Shown: positions 9,005-19,018, counted from the first letter of the stretch. The stretch is 64,000 bases of DNA from Chloroflexota bacterium (GCA_014360905.1 JACIWW010000012.1:8011-72010), one strand, 5' to 3'. Notes: generated from the letters alone by a model not told the origin. Program-made: numbers and translations.

Positions 9005-10789
9005 TTGAGCACGAGCAGCACTTCGGGCAAACCCATCATCGTGCAGAGCGACAAAACCGTGCTGTTGGAGGTGGACAACCCCCTCTACGAGGAAGCACGC
9101 GATCACTTGGCGCGCTTTGCCGAGCTGGAGAAAAGTCCTGAATACGTCCATACCTATCGCATCACCCCATTGTCACTGTGGAACGCAGCCGCGGCGGGCA
9201 TGACCGCCGACACCATCCTCGACGCATTGAATGCGTACAGCAAGTACCCCGTGCCCGACAATGTGCGCGTGGACATCGTGGACTATATCTCGCGCTATGG
9301 CCGTGTGCGGCTCATCCGCGAGGATACGAAGTTGTTCCTGGAATCGCACGATGCTGCTTTGATGACGGAGTTGGCTCGCCACAAGCGCCTCCAGCCTTAT
9401 ATCCTGAAGCAGGTCAACCCCTTCCGCCTCATGGTGGATCCTCTCCGTCGGGGTCACATTAAGCAGGCACTGGTCTGGATTGGCTACCCTGCCGAGGACC
9501 TGGCTGGCTATGTGGAGGGTGCGCCATTGCATTTCTCCCTGCGCCAGGTTACGCGCAGCGGAGAGCCTTTTGTCCTTCGCCCTTATCAACTGGACGCCGC
9601 AGGCGCCTTCTACGCTGGAGGGGGGCCACAAGGCGGCAGCGGGGTCATTGTGCTACCCTGTGGAGCAGGCAAGACCATGGTTGGCATGGCGGTAATGGAG
9701 AAACTGCAGTGCGCAACCCTCATCCTTACCACCAACACCGTTGCCGCGCGGCAGTGGATCAGCGAACTGCTGGACAAAACAGACCTGCCCGAAGATGCCA
9801 TAGGGGAGTACACAGGACTGCGCAAGCAGGTGCGCCCGGTGACCATCAGCACCTACCAAATCATGACCTACCACCCCCGGCAGCGAGTCAAGGGCAAGAA
9901 AACAGAGGACGAGTTCCCGCACTTTGCCCTGTTCAACGAGGAAGATTGGGGTCTGATCATCTACGACGAGGTGCACCTGCTGCCCGCACCGGTGTTTCGC
10001 ATCACAGCCGAAATCCAGGCACGGCGGCGCCTAGGACTGACCGCGACGCTTGTGCGCGAGGATGGACGCGAGACGGACGTCTTTTCGCTCATTGGCCCAA
10101 AGAAGTACGACGCCCCGTGGAAAGACCTGGAGCGCCAGGGCTGGATCGCCACCGCCGAGTGCCACGAAGTGCGCATCCCGCTCCCAGATGACCAGCGCCT
10201 GCTCTACGCGCTGGCCGATGACCGTGACAAGTACCGCGTGGCGGCAGAGAATCCGCGCAAATTGCTCGTTCTCGACCAGTTGCTATCCAAACATAAGGAT
10301 GACAGCGTACTCATCATCGGCATGTACCTGGAGCAACTGCAGGAGGTAGCCGATCGCTACGGCTATCCGTTGATCACAGGCAAGACCACTGTGCGCGAGC
10401 GAGAGAAACTGTACGACGCCTTCCGGCGGGGCGAGATCAAATGCCTGATTGTCTCCAAGGTGGGCAACTTTGCCATAGACCTGCCCGATGCCAACGTCGC
10501 CATTCAGATTTCCGGCACCTTTGGCTCGCGGCAGGAGGAAGCACAGCGTCTGGGGCGCATCCTGCGTCCCAAGCGCCATGGCCTGCTGGCTCACTTCTAC
10601 GCCTTGGTCACGCGCGATACGCGCGATCAGGACTATGCCGCCAAACGGCAACTGTTCTTGACCGAGCAGGGCTATCGCTATGAGATCCTCTACGAGGACG
10701 AAATACCGCAATGGCAACCAACCGTGCTCGCACTCCAGCCCCGTCCGGCACGTCCCAAAGCTCTGATGGCAGGCCCGGGAGGGAACTAG
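9005..10789 (+). CDS. xpb: XPB/ERCC3(Rad25)-type superfamily-2 DNA helicase
   Basis: Walker A GAGKT (LPCGAGKTMVG), DEVH box, motif III TATL. Helicase C-terminal domain. N-terminal XPB-like damage-recognition region. Probable TTG start at 9005. Confidence 0.85.
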   Translation: MSTSSTSGKPIIVQSDKTVLLEVDNPLYEEARDHLARFAELEKSPEYVHTYRITPLSLWNAAAAGMTADTILDALNAYSKYPVPDNVRVDIVDYISRYGRVRLIREDTKLFLESHDAALMTELARHKRLQPYILKQVNPFRLMVDPLRRGHIKQALVWIGYPAEDLAGYVEGAPLHFSLRQVTRSGEPFVLRPYQLDAAGAFYAGGGPQGGSGVIVLPCGAGKTMVGMAVMEKLQCATLILTTNTVAARQWISELLDKTDLPEDAIGEYTGLRKQVRPVTISTYQIMTYHPRQRVKGKKTEDEFPHFALFNEEDWGLIIYDEVHLLPAPVFRITAEIQARRRLGLTATLVREDGRETDVFSLIGPKKYDAPWKDLERQGWIATAECHEVRIPLPDDQRLLYALADDRDKYRVAAENPRKLLVLDQLLSKHKDDSVLIIGMYLEQLQEVADRYGYPLITGKTTVREREKLYDAFRRGEIKCLIVSKVGNFAIDLPDANVAIQISGTFGSRQEEAQRLGRILRPKRHGLLAHFYALVTRDTRDQDYAAKRQLFLTEQGYRYEILYEDEIPQWQPTVLALQPRPARPKALMAGPGGN

Positions 10790-10823
10790 ACCTGTCAGGT
10801 TTAGATAGAGAAGAAACAGCCAG

Positions 10824-13121
10824 ATGAAGACCTCTGATTTGGATAATCTGTATGCCCTAGATGAAGTTCGGATCGCAGACATGCTCTTTGGCAAGATTTA
10901 CGAGCGTGCCTACGCGTATTATCGCGATCACCGCGTGCTGAATCCCCGGCGCATCGGTGCTGTGTTGGAGGCAGAAGTACAGGGTACGGAACTGTACTCC
11001 GTGCGCGTTGAGGCGCGCGAGGGCATGATTTTGGCGTCTTGCACCTGCCCCTTTGCCGAAACCGCCGTCTGCAAGCACATCGGTGCGGTCTTGCTGCAGT
11101 GGGTCCACCGACCAGAGTCTTTCCAAGTGGTAGAAGAAGAGGAGACAACCGTGTCCCAGCCTGCTGTAGCGCCCGCTCCACCTCAGGAAGCTTCACCCTT
11201 GAGCGAACAGCCTTGGTGGCAGGCTGACGAAGGCGGTGCTGCCCGAGAAACCAAGTCCATCCTGTCAGACCTGATCGAGCAGCTCTCGCTCAACGAACTG
11301 CGCGAGATCGCTCGCCTGCGGGAGTGGCGGATCAAGGGCAGCACCAAGGCGGACTACCGCACGGCACTGGCTCCCTTGCTTGTCAACCCCACCGAGATCG
11401 CTCGCGCCGTGACTTCCTTGCCGGATGCGCTGCGCGAGGCGTTGCGTGCGGCTTTTGTGGTGGAAGAGGGCAACGGCATTGCCCCCACGACCCTGGCACA
11501 AGCCATCACCGCGCTGCGCGGCGCAGCAGGTCCAGTGCTCAAGCCTGTGGAGGCGGCAGGGCTGCTGTCCGATCTGGCGCGCTGGGGGCTATTGCTCCGC
11601 TGGCACAACTCACCTGATGGCTCGCTGCGTTACCTATTTCCATGGGAAGTGCAACGGCATGTACCACCCTTGTTGGGTTGGTGTGCGCAGATAGCGCAAG
11701 CGCCAACCGATCAGATACAGTCTCAAAAGCGCGATGACATCGTGCATCTCCTGTACGCAGTGTGGGAGCGCATCGCTCAGCAGCCACTTACTTTGCCTTC
11801 CCCTCCTAAACCCCCATCCCGCAAGCATCACACGCCGGCTTTGGGGAATTGGCCCTACGAACCAGAGGAAGCGGAGATCAGGCTGGGGAAAAACCGCGAG
11901 TGGATGAACTCCCTGCAGTATGGAATGTCCGTGCCTGCCTCAGTTCGCTTGTTAGACGATGCAGTTCTGTCGGAACTCGCACCCCTGACGGGTGGCGATG
12001 TCGAGGAAGTGGAGTTTTTGTGCCACTTGCTATGCGATTTGGAACTGGTCAGCGGGGAAAAGGGATACCTGCTTGCTCGTCCTGCATTGATGAACGATTT
12101 TCTATCCAACCCCAAGCACCGACAATATGCATGGATCCTGCAGACCTATCTGTCCATGCAGAGATGGAGCGAACTGGACATGCTGCTGCGCGCTGACCGC
12201 CGTCTGACGTTATGGCGCAGGCCTATCCCATTCTTCACCTACGAGCAGTTTCGCTTCCAACTGCTCCGCATGCGCCATATATTGCTACGCTTTCTGGCGA
12301 CGGCAGGAGAAGAAGGCTGGTGCTTGCTGGCGGATATGGAAGCGGCATTGCGCTTGTTGTGGCCCCATTTCTCAGCCATTCTGGACATACAGAGGCAGAC
12401 CTGGCTTCAGAACCTGTGGGGACTGTCCTGGCGTGGGGACAAACGCGAACTGAAGACGGAGAATGAGCAGGATTGGCGCGCAGCCCAAGGCGGCTTCTTG
12501 CGCGCCCTACTGACAGGCCCGCTATTCTGGCTGGGCTTTGTCGAACTGAGCAGAAAAGACGGCGAGTTGGTCGCGGTGCGCATGCACGGACTGGCGGATT
12601 GGATGTGGAACCGTCCCAGCCCCGCCCCAGAGGAATTGCCCTTGGGCGAGCCAGTCACGATAGACGAGGCAAACCTGGCCATCGTGGTGCATCCTGGAAC
12701 TGTACCGCCACAGGCGCACACATTGTTGGGGCGCATCGCGCGTTTGGAAGAGGCAACGCCGACCCGCTTTGTCTATCGGTTGGATATGCGCACAGCATAC
12801 GCCACTTTCGAGCGTGGTGAGTTGCTGGATGACCTGCTTGGTACCTGGGAAAAAGTCATGCCCGTGCCTTTCCCTGCTTCCTTGCGCGAGGCACTGGCTG
12901 AATGGTGGGCGCGGTATGGCCAGGTGCGGCTCTACGAAGGATTTGCACTGCTGGAACTGGGCGACGATATCGCCCTGCTGGAACTGGAGGCAAGCACTCC
13001 GTTGCGGGAATACATCGTGGCCAAGCTGTCACCGCGCCTGGTGCTCGTGGCGGAGGATGCTGTGGATGAACTGCTGCAGGCATTCACCACCAAAGGGTAT
13101 ACGCCGAAAGAGATGAGGTGA
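10824..13121 (+). CDS. Large SWIM zinc-finger protein, function unknown, paralogous in part to the next gene
   Basis: SWIM motif C-x-C-x(n)-C-x-H: CTCPFAETAVCKH. Shares motif GPLFWLGFVELS with the GPLHWLGLVDIS of the next protein. Starts 35 nt after the helicase stop. Confidence 0.6.
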   Translation: MKTSDLDNLYALDEVRIADMLFGKIYERAYAYYRDHRVLNPRRIGAVLEAEVQGTELYSVRVEAREGMILASCTCPFAETAVCKHIGAVLLQWVHRPESFQVVEEEETTVSQPAVAPAPPQEASPLSEQPWWQADEGGAARETKSILSDLIEQLSLNELREIARLREWRIKGSTKADYRTALAPLLVNPTEIARAVTSLPDALREALRAAFVVEEGNGIAPTTLAQAITALRGAAGPVLKPVEAAGLLSDLARWGLLLRWHNSPDGSLRYLFPWEVQRHVPPLLGWCAQIAQAPTDQIQSQKRDDIVHLLYAVWERIAQQPLTLPSPPKPPSRKHHTPALGNWPYEPEEAEIRLGKNREWMNSLQYGMSVPASVRLLDDAVLSELAPLTGGDVEEVEFLCHLLCDLELVSGEKGYLLARPALMNDFLSNPKHRQYAWILQTYLSMQRWSELDMLLRADRRLTLWRRPIPFFTYEQFRFQLLRMRHILLRFLATAGEEGWCLLADMEAALRLLWPHFSAILDIQRQTWLQNLWGLSWRGDKRELKTENEQDWRAAQGGFLRALLTGPLFWLGFVELSRKDGELVAVRMHGLADWMWNRPSPAPEELPLGEPVTIDEANLAIVVHPGTVPPQAHTLLGRIARLEEATPTRFVYRLDMRTAYATFERGELLDDLLGTWEKVMPVPFPASLREALAEWWARYGQVRLYEGFALLELGDDIALLELEASTPLREYIVAKLSPRLVLVAEDAVDELLQAFTTKGYTPKEMR

Positions 13122-13130
13122 GAGCAACGC

Positions 13131-15380
13131 ATGGCTCACATGCTCCACGAAATCTTGGATGGCTATCACTACGAGGCATTGGCACGCATCGCCGAGTTCA
13201 ACCACATTGACACGGTGGATGCGCAAGGGCATAAATTGCGCAAGCGCGAGTTGATTGAGGCACTTTGCAAGTGGCTTTTCACGCCGGAGCGCATCGCGCA
13301 GGTGCTGGCTGCCCTTCGCCCTCTGGAACGGGCTGTCCTGGATCGTTTGCTGCTGCACGGTGGCGAAGCGGACACAGTGTCCTTGCGCGAAGAACTGCAG
13401 CGCGAGGGCATTGTGCAAGCGCAGCCCCTTTCCAAAGGGTGGCAAAAGAGCAACATCAACGATCCCTATGCATGCAACGGGGATTATTTTGAGGATGTCA
13501 TCGCTCGTTTGACCTTACGCGGGCTAGTGTTCAGCAGCAACGCTGAGTTGCTGTGGCCGCTGAACGCCAAACTGGGCTTTGCTCCAGGGCAACGCCTGAT
13601 CGTGCCGAAACCCCTGCGCCAGTATTTGCCCCGTCCCGAATTGCCTTCGCTGGAGTGGGGCCGGGGTAGCCTGCCTGCTCCAGTAGAAGAGACCGACACA
13701 GCGCTCGCACAAAGGGAGTTGTTCCTCTATTGGAGCATCGTGCGCGCCAAACCGTTGCCTCTGACCCAGGCTGGATTGCTCCAAAAACGGGCGTTGCGCA
13801 GCATCAACGAGCAGTTGCTCTTTCCGAACCATGCGCTGGAAAGCGCGAATAACGAGAGCGAAGCGCCCCACCTCTACTTTCTGCGTATGCTGTTGCAGGA
13901 ACTGGGGCTGTTGCTCTGCGAACGGGAGCAAGTGCGTGCCTCCGGTGAGCCAAGCCAGGTGCCCGAATTCTGGGAAAAGCCCATCGAGGAACGCGTGCGC
14001 GCCTGTCTTGAGGCATGGCAGCGCTTGACCCAATGGAGCGAACTGACGCATCTGGGAGTGTCTGCTTTTGACATTGACTTGCCACGCGCACGCGGTCTCT
14101 TGCTGGAGCAACTGCGGCATGTGCCGGTTGAAACCTGGCTCTCTGCGGATCGCTTCCTAAGCCGCTTGGCCATCACTACGCCGCGGCTGCTCTTCAAGTC
14201 GCGGGAGTTGCCTGCCAGAGGACGTTACTACCAGGATGTCAATCACGAGATGGAGCAGGATCGCTGGTTTGCCAAGGTCGAAGCGGCGTTTGTCGGTGGG
14301 GCATTGAGCGGGCCATTGCACTGGCTGGGATTGGTGGACATCTCAGCGGACGGAAACCGCCTGCTGGCTTTTCGCGTGAATGCCAGTGGCGCACGCGTAT
14401 TGGGCATTGCCCCCAAAAAGGCAGCAGAGGCTCCACCAGCTGAGACCAAGGTGATCGTGCAGCCCAATTTCGAGGTCTTTGCCTTGGGGCCAGTCCCGGA
14501 GGTGATTCTGGCCAGATTGGAGATGTTTGCCGACCGCGTGAAGGTGGATCGCAGCGCCTTTGCCTATGTGCTCTCGCGCGAGACGGTCTATCGCGGGCAA
14601 AGGTATGGCCTGTCCGTGCCGCAGATTATCGCCTTCCTCGAGGAGCAAACGCATGCCCCATTGCCGCAGAACGTCCTGCGCACGCTGCAGGAATGGAGCG
14701 AGCAACACGAACGCATTATCTTTCACCACACGGTCGCGCTCTGCCAAACGGCCAACCCGGAAGCGCTCGATGCACTGTGGAACGACTCTGCCGTGCAGAC
14801 GCATCTGGAGCGGCGCCTGACGCCTACCGTAGCATTGGTGAAAAGGGGACGTGCGGTAGCCTTGCGCGAACTGCTCCTTCAGCGCGGAATGCTGCCCGCT
14901 TTGAGCACAGAGCAGGATTCCTGTCTTGGGCGCGTGCAGGCCACTCCCGAAGGGGAGTTGCGCCCTGTCCATGCCGGCCCTGACTTGCTGCTGGAGAAGT
15001 TGTTGCAGGATTTGGCGGAGCAGCGGGATGGACGTTTCTACGTGACCGAGTCATCAGTGACGCGGGCGCTGGCTTCTGGCATGAGCGTGCACGAGTATCT
15101 GAAGCGCTTGGCCGCTCTGCAGCATGGGCCACTGCCGGCACAATTGCAACGGCGCATCAAGGCTTGGGGTCGCTACTATGGCAAAGCGGCGTTGCAAAAG
15201 ACAGTGCTATTAGAGGTGAAGGATGCCGCTACAGCGGAAGAACTGCTCGCCGATGAGGAACTGGCGCCGCTTTTGTCGCGCTTTGCCGCCGACACACGTG
15301 GATGCCTGTTGGAAGTGCGCACCGAAAATCTGGAGCACTTGCACCGTCTGCTGCGCGAGCGCGGGATAGAGGTAGCATAA
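13131..15380 (+). CDS. Large hypothetical protein, paralogue of the SWIM protein without the zinc finger
   Basis: 749 aa. Starts 10 nt after the previous stop. Shares an N-terminal helical segment and the GPLHWLGLVDIS...RLLAFR motif with the upstream gene. Confidence 0.5.
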   Translation: MAHMLHEILDGYHYEALARIAEFNHIDTVDAQGHKLRKRELIEALCKWLFTPERIAQVLAALRPLERAVLDRLLLHGGEADTVSLREELQREGIVQAQPLSKGWQKSNINDPYACNGDYFEDVIARLTLRGLVFSSNAELLWPLNAKLGFAPGQRLIVPKPLRQYLPRPELPSLEWGRGSLPAPVEETDTALAQRELFLYWSIVRAKPLPLTQAGLLQKRALRSINEQLLFPNHALESANNESEAPHLYFLRMLLQELGLLLCEREQVRASGEPSQVPEFWEKPIEERVRACLEAWQRLTQWSELTHLGVSAFDIDLPRARGLLLEQLRHVPVETWLSADRFLSRLAITTPRLLFKSRELPARGRYYQDVNHEMEQDRWFAKVEAAFVGGALSGPLHWLGLVDISADGNRLLAFRVNASGARVLGIAPKKAAEAPPAETKVIVQPNFEVFALGPVPEVILARLEMFADRVKVDRSAFAYVLSRETVYRGQRYGLSVPQIIAFLEEQTHAPLPQNVLRTLQEWSEQHERIIFHHTVALCQTANPEALDALWNDSAVQTHLERRLTPTVALVKRGRAVALRELLLQRGMLPALSTEQDSCLGRVQATPEGELRPVHAGPDLLLEKLLQDLAEQRDGRFYVTESSVTRALASGMSVHEYLKRLAALQHGPLPAQLQRRIKAWGRYYGKAALQKTVLLEVKDAATAEELLADEELAPLLSRFAADTRGCLLEVRTENLEHLHRLLRERGIEVA

Positions 15381-15444
15381 ACCCCGATTTTCACCGCAGA
15401 GCACGCGGAGAAAAACTTATGCGTCTCTGCATCCTCAGCGTGCT

Positions 15445-15600
15445 CTGCGCTGAACCAGGGATGACGGCGGATTGTTGTCCGCCTGGAGCATGAAGAGTTA
15501 GGACGGCTTTTCTAGCCGCCTTTCCTGTTGGGTTCGTAGTGCGCGCTAAAGCGCTCACTACGAACAAAGCCCCTGAAAGGGGCTTGTCATCCCCTAGCAA
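15445..15600. repeat. REP-like module cluster
   Basis: GGCGGATTGTTGTCCGCC, GGCGGCTTTTCTAGCCGCC (inverted), GCGCGCTAAAGCGCTC, AAGCCCCTGAAAGGGGCTTG. Confidence 0.8.
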
Positions 15601-15613
15601 GCGCAGCGGCCTC

Positions 15614-15642
15614 TTGACAAATCAATCGAAATGTGCTATAAT
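15614..15642 (+). promoter_or_regulatory. Consensus sigma70-type promoter TTGACA-N17-TATAAT, followed by a ~380-nt leader before the AOR operon
   Basis: TTGACA at 15614-15619 and TATAAT at 15637-15642, spacer exactly 17 nt. No ORF lies between it and 16028. Confidence 0.55.
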
Positions 15643-16027
15643 TATCTTGCAAATTCAAAAATCATAGTGCAACCGAGTTCGCGCTGAGCGCGCCTGAGGC
15701 ATTCTCCTGACAGTGTACCTGGGAGATGGCTTAAGAGAAGTGCTGTGTCGTAGGGGTCACAGCCTCCGACCTGTCTCCTCCCCCTGGGAGGAACGGGCGT
15801 TAGGGTACGGGGAGCAATTCCTGTGCCTGCCGTGTTTGCGAAGGAGGCGAATTCCAATCGAGTTAGCGATTGGCTATTTGCCTCCTTCTTGAATTTTATG
15901 GAGGGAATTGGGCAGCGTTTGCAGATTCACACTCAGAGAGGAGGTGGTGTGCAGGCAGTAGAACCCTTTGGACGTCCGTACGTAGACGCTACATTTCTTG
16001 ATCAATTTGGAGGAGGAGAGGAAAGAA

Positions 16028-16891
16028 ATGTCACAAAAGATGCAGGACAGAATTTCGGAACTGCAGGAGCAATTGCGGCAGGGCGTGATCAGCCGACGTG
16101 AATTCTTGCGCTATGTGACGTTGCTGGGTGTGTCGCTGGGAGCGGCGGAGGCTTTGGCTGCCTGCGCGCCCAAGCCCACACCGACCGTGGCGCCGCCTAC
16201 AGTGGCACCACCAACGGCACCACCGCCTACAACGGCACCACCACCGCCCACAGTTGCCCCCACGGCTCCACCGCCCGCAGCCGAGAAGCAAGCTTTGGCT
16301 GGGCACATGCTGCGCTTTAACCCCGCCATCTGCACCGGCTGCCTCATCTGCGCGGTAGCCTGCGCTGACAAGTGGGCCACGGAGTACTTCCCGGAGGAAG
16401 CCGCCAAGGGTGTCAACCTGGAATTCTCCCGCATTCGCCCCATGCGCTCGCAGTACGTGGATATCATCAACGTCTGCCAGGACTGCCGCCTGATTGAGTG
16501 GGCGGAAGGCTCAACTAAAGCGCCGTGCGAGCAGGTTTGCCCACAGGGAGCGATTTCAGTGGTGCCCGAAGGGCAGGGCAAGCCCGGCTACACCGGCATG
16601 GGCTACCTGAACGTAGACCGCGACCTGTGCCTTGGCCTTGATCTCTGCGGGCGCTGTCTGGAGGTCTGCGAGGACCAGTTCGGCAGCGGCATCTCCTTTG
16701 ACCCCATCGAGAAGAAGGCGCAAATCTGCACGCGTTGCGGCGGGTTGCCCACCTGCGTCGAGGTCTGCCCAGAGCCTGGCGCGCTGCTGTTCGTACCGTT
16801 GCAGACCAACGGCCGCTATTGGGCACAAACGCCAGAAGAGTACTTTGAACTTACCTATGCCAAGTTGTTCGCGGAGAGGAGGGACGTATAA
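16028..16891 (+). CDS. TAT-exported lipoprotein-type poly-[4Fe-4S] ferredoxin subunit with Pro/Thr-rich linker. Likely electron-transfer partner of the AOR.
   Basis: RBS GGAGGAGGAGAGG before ATG 16028. Twin-arginine SRREFLRY. Lipobox LAACAP. PTVAPP repeats. At least 4 Cys clusters (CTGCLICAVAC, CQDC...C, CLGLDLCGRCLEVC, CTRCGGLPTCVEVCP). Confidence 0.7.
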   Translation: MSQKMQDRISELQEQLRQGVISRREFLRYVTLLGVSLGAAEALAACAPKPTPTVAPPTVAPPTAPPPTTAPPPPTVAPTAPPPAAEKQALAGHMLRFNPAICTGCLICAVACADKWATEYFPEEAAKGVNLEFSRIRPMRSQYVDIINVCQDCRLIEWAEGSTKAPCEQVCPQGAISVVPEGQGKPGYTGMGYLNVDRDLCLGLDLCGRCLEVCEDQFGSGISFDPIEKKAQICTRCGGLPTCVEVCPEPGALLFVPLQTNGRYWAQTPEEYFELTYAKLFAERRDV

Positions 16892-18930
16892 TGGCCGAGT
16901 TAAAGGGTGCTACAGGAAAGATCGCACGTGTGGATCTGACCACAAAGAAAGTAACAGTCGTCGAGCCGCCAGTTGATGTATACAAGAAATTCCTCGGCGG
17001 CGAGGCGCTCGGGCTCTACTTTATGGTCGCGGAAGGCCTTATTGACCCCAAGGTGGAGCCGTTCAGCCCACAGAACATGGTGCAGTTCATGATCGGGCCG
17101 GTGACCGGCATAGGGCCCAATGCTCGGTCCGTGATCGTCACCAAGAGCGCGTACAACTTTATGACCGTCACGACGTCGGGTGGCCGCGCAGCGGCAGAAC
17201 TCAAGTTTGCTGGCTGGGACGGCATCCAGGTTGTGGGTAAGTCGGACAAGCCCGTCTACATCGCGGTGGTAGACGACAACATCGAGATCCGCGATGCCAG
17301 CCATATCTGGGGCATGGGCACCGAAGAGGCGGAATTGGAACTGCTCAAGTCGGTGCTAGCGCCCAACGAGTGGCGTGAGAGTATCCTCACCGACCGGGAT
17401 CTAACTCCAGAGTGGGCAGCGCTGCGCCCGGTCAAGCGCAAGGGCATCGGCGCCAAACGGCTGGCGGCGGCCTGGGTCATCGGCCCCGGCGGCGAAAACG
17501 GCGTCTGGTACGCCAACGTCATCACCGAGGGTGCGCGCGCCCATGGCCGCTACGGCGCTGGGGCGATTGTTGGCTCCAAGAATCTGAAGGGCATCGTCAT
17601 CCGCGGCACCAAGGGACACATGCTGGCTGACAAAGGCAAGTTCCTGCAACTGGCCAAAGAGATTCAGGCTTCCGAAGCCACCAACTACTTCTGGCGCTCC
17701 TTCGGCACAGCCGGCATCGGCGCCCGCTGCGCGAACGCTGAGGATGCCTTCCCCATCCGCAACTGGCAGTGGGGCGCCTGGGCGGATCCGATGGTTGTCA
17801 AAGCACTGGAAGGGCCGTGGATGGATGCCGCTAGCTTTGTCAAGCAGATGGCCTGCCCTGGCTGCACCTTGCACTGCATGTACCTCACTGAAATCACCAG
17901 CAAGGACCCGCTCATGGACGGCGTCATCACCGACATGCCCGACTGGGAGGCCATGGGCATGGTTGGCGGCAACCTGGGTTACTGCGAACTGGAAGGCACC
18001 ACGCCCAGCGATCAGTGGAAGGGTGACCACTGGGATTTGATGGAAGCCCTCGCCAAGACCCAGTATACCACCTTCCTCCATGACAACAATGGACTCGACT
18101 ACATCGAGGGTGGCGCGCTGCTGGCTATGCTGATGGAGCTCATCCAGCGCAACCTCATCACCCCAGCCGATCTGGATGGCATCAACCTCAAATGGGGCGA
18201 TGTCCATGCCGTGGATGCCATTATCAAGAAGATCGCGCACAAGGAAGGCATCGGCGCTGTGCTGGCCAAGGGCACCTACGAGACGGCCAAGTACTTTGCC
18301 GAAAAGAAGGGCAAGCCGGAGATCATGAATTACTCCATGACTGGCCATCGCTATACCCAGCCCGCGCACGACGTCCGCGGCTTTGACAAGGACGCTCTGG
18401 AGTACGTGACGGTGGAGCGGCCCTGCGAACACACCGGAGGCGGCGGCGCCGGGTTCATGAAGAAGGACTATCCCGCCGCCATTGCCGGGCAGAATACCCA
18501 GGCCACGCACAACTCCTTGGTCATATGCTCTTTCGCTGCTGGCAACTGGGCGGGCAAGATCGCGGCCATGGTGCAGGCAGCCACCGGCTGGACCGACTTT
18601 ACTGAGGACGACGTACCCAAGGTCGGCGCCCGCGCCTATGCCCTGGCCAGGATCTTTAACCTCACGACGCAAGGGATCAAGGACCCGAAGAAAGAATGGG
18701 ATAACCTTAACCTCTTCCCGCCTCGCTGGTTCTACGATCCACTGCCCACTGGCATCGGCAAGGGGCGTGTGGCGTACGAGGGCAAGCCAGAGGTGTTATT
18801 CAATGAAGCCCTGCCCGCTTACTGGAAGACCAGAGGCTGGAGCGAGGACAAGGGCGTGCCTCTCGCCGACACGCTCAAAGCCCTTGGCATTGACGACATC
18901 GCCGAACCGTACGCCGCCAAACTGCGCTAG
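16891..18930 (+). CDS. aor: Aldehyde:ferredoxin oxidoreductase family (tungsten/molybdopterin AOR)
   Basis: 679 aa. AOR N-terminal domain (MAELKGATGKIARVDLTTKKV...GGEALGLYF) and AOR C-terminal domains. RBS GGAGAGGAGGG. Overlaps the upstream stop by 1 nt. Confidence 0.9.
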   Translation: MAELKGATGKIARVDLTTKKVTVVEPPVDVYKKFLGGEALGLYFMVAEGLIDPKVEPFSPQNMVQFMIGPVTGIGPNARSVIVTKSAYNFMTVTTSGGRAAAELKFAGWDGIQVVGKSDKPVYIAVVDDNIEIRDASHIWGMGTEEAELELLKSVLAPNEWRESILTDRDLTPEWAALRPVKRKGIGAKRLAAAWVIGPGGENGVWYANVITEGARAHGRYGAGAIVGSKNLKGIVIRGTKGHMLADKGKFLQLAKEIQASEATNYFWRSFGTAGIGARCANAEDAFPIRNWQWGAWADPMVVKALEGPWMDAASFVKQMACPGCTLHCMYLTEITSKDPLMDGVITDMPDWEAMGMVGGNLGYCELEGTTPSDQWKGDHWDLMEALAKTQYTTFLHDNNGLDYIEGGALLAMLMELIQRNLITPADLDGINLKWGDVHAVDAIIKKIAHKEGIGAVLAKGTYETAKYFAEKKGKPEIMNYSMTGHRYTQPAHDVRGFDKDALEYVTVERPCEHTGGGGAGFMKKDYPAAIAGQNTQATHNSLVICSFAAGNWAGKIAAMVQAATGWTDFTEDDVPKVGARAYALARIFNLTTQGIKDPKKEWDNLNLFPPRWFYDPLPTGIGKGRVAYEGKPEVLFNEALPAYWKTRGWSEDKGVPLADTLKALGIDDIAEPYAAKLR

Positions 18931-18957
18931 GTCTGGCTAGTCCCGAGGAAGCACATG

Positions 18958-19002
18958 AGGGCCCCAACCTGTGTACTCCATCGGGTTGGGGCCCTTTGCG
19001 TA
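18958..19002 (+). terminator. Rho-independent terminator after aor
   Basis: GGGCCCCAACC-loop-GGTTGGGGCCC followed by TTTGCGT. Confidence 0.6.
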
Positions 19003-19018
19003 TGTGGTTGTGCGCCGT

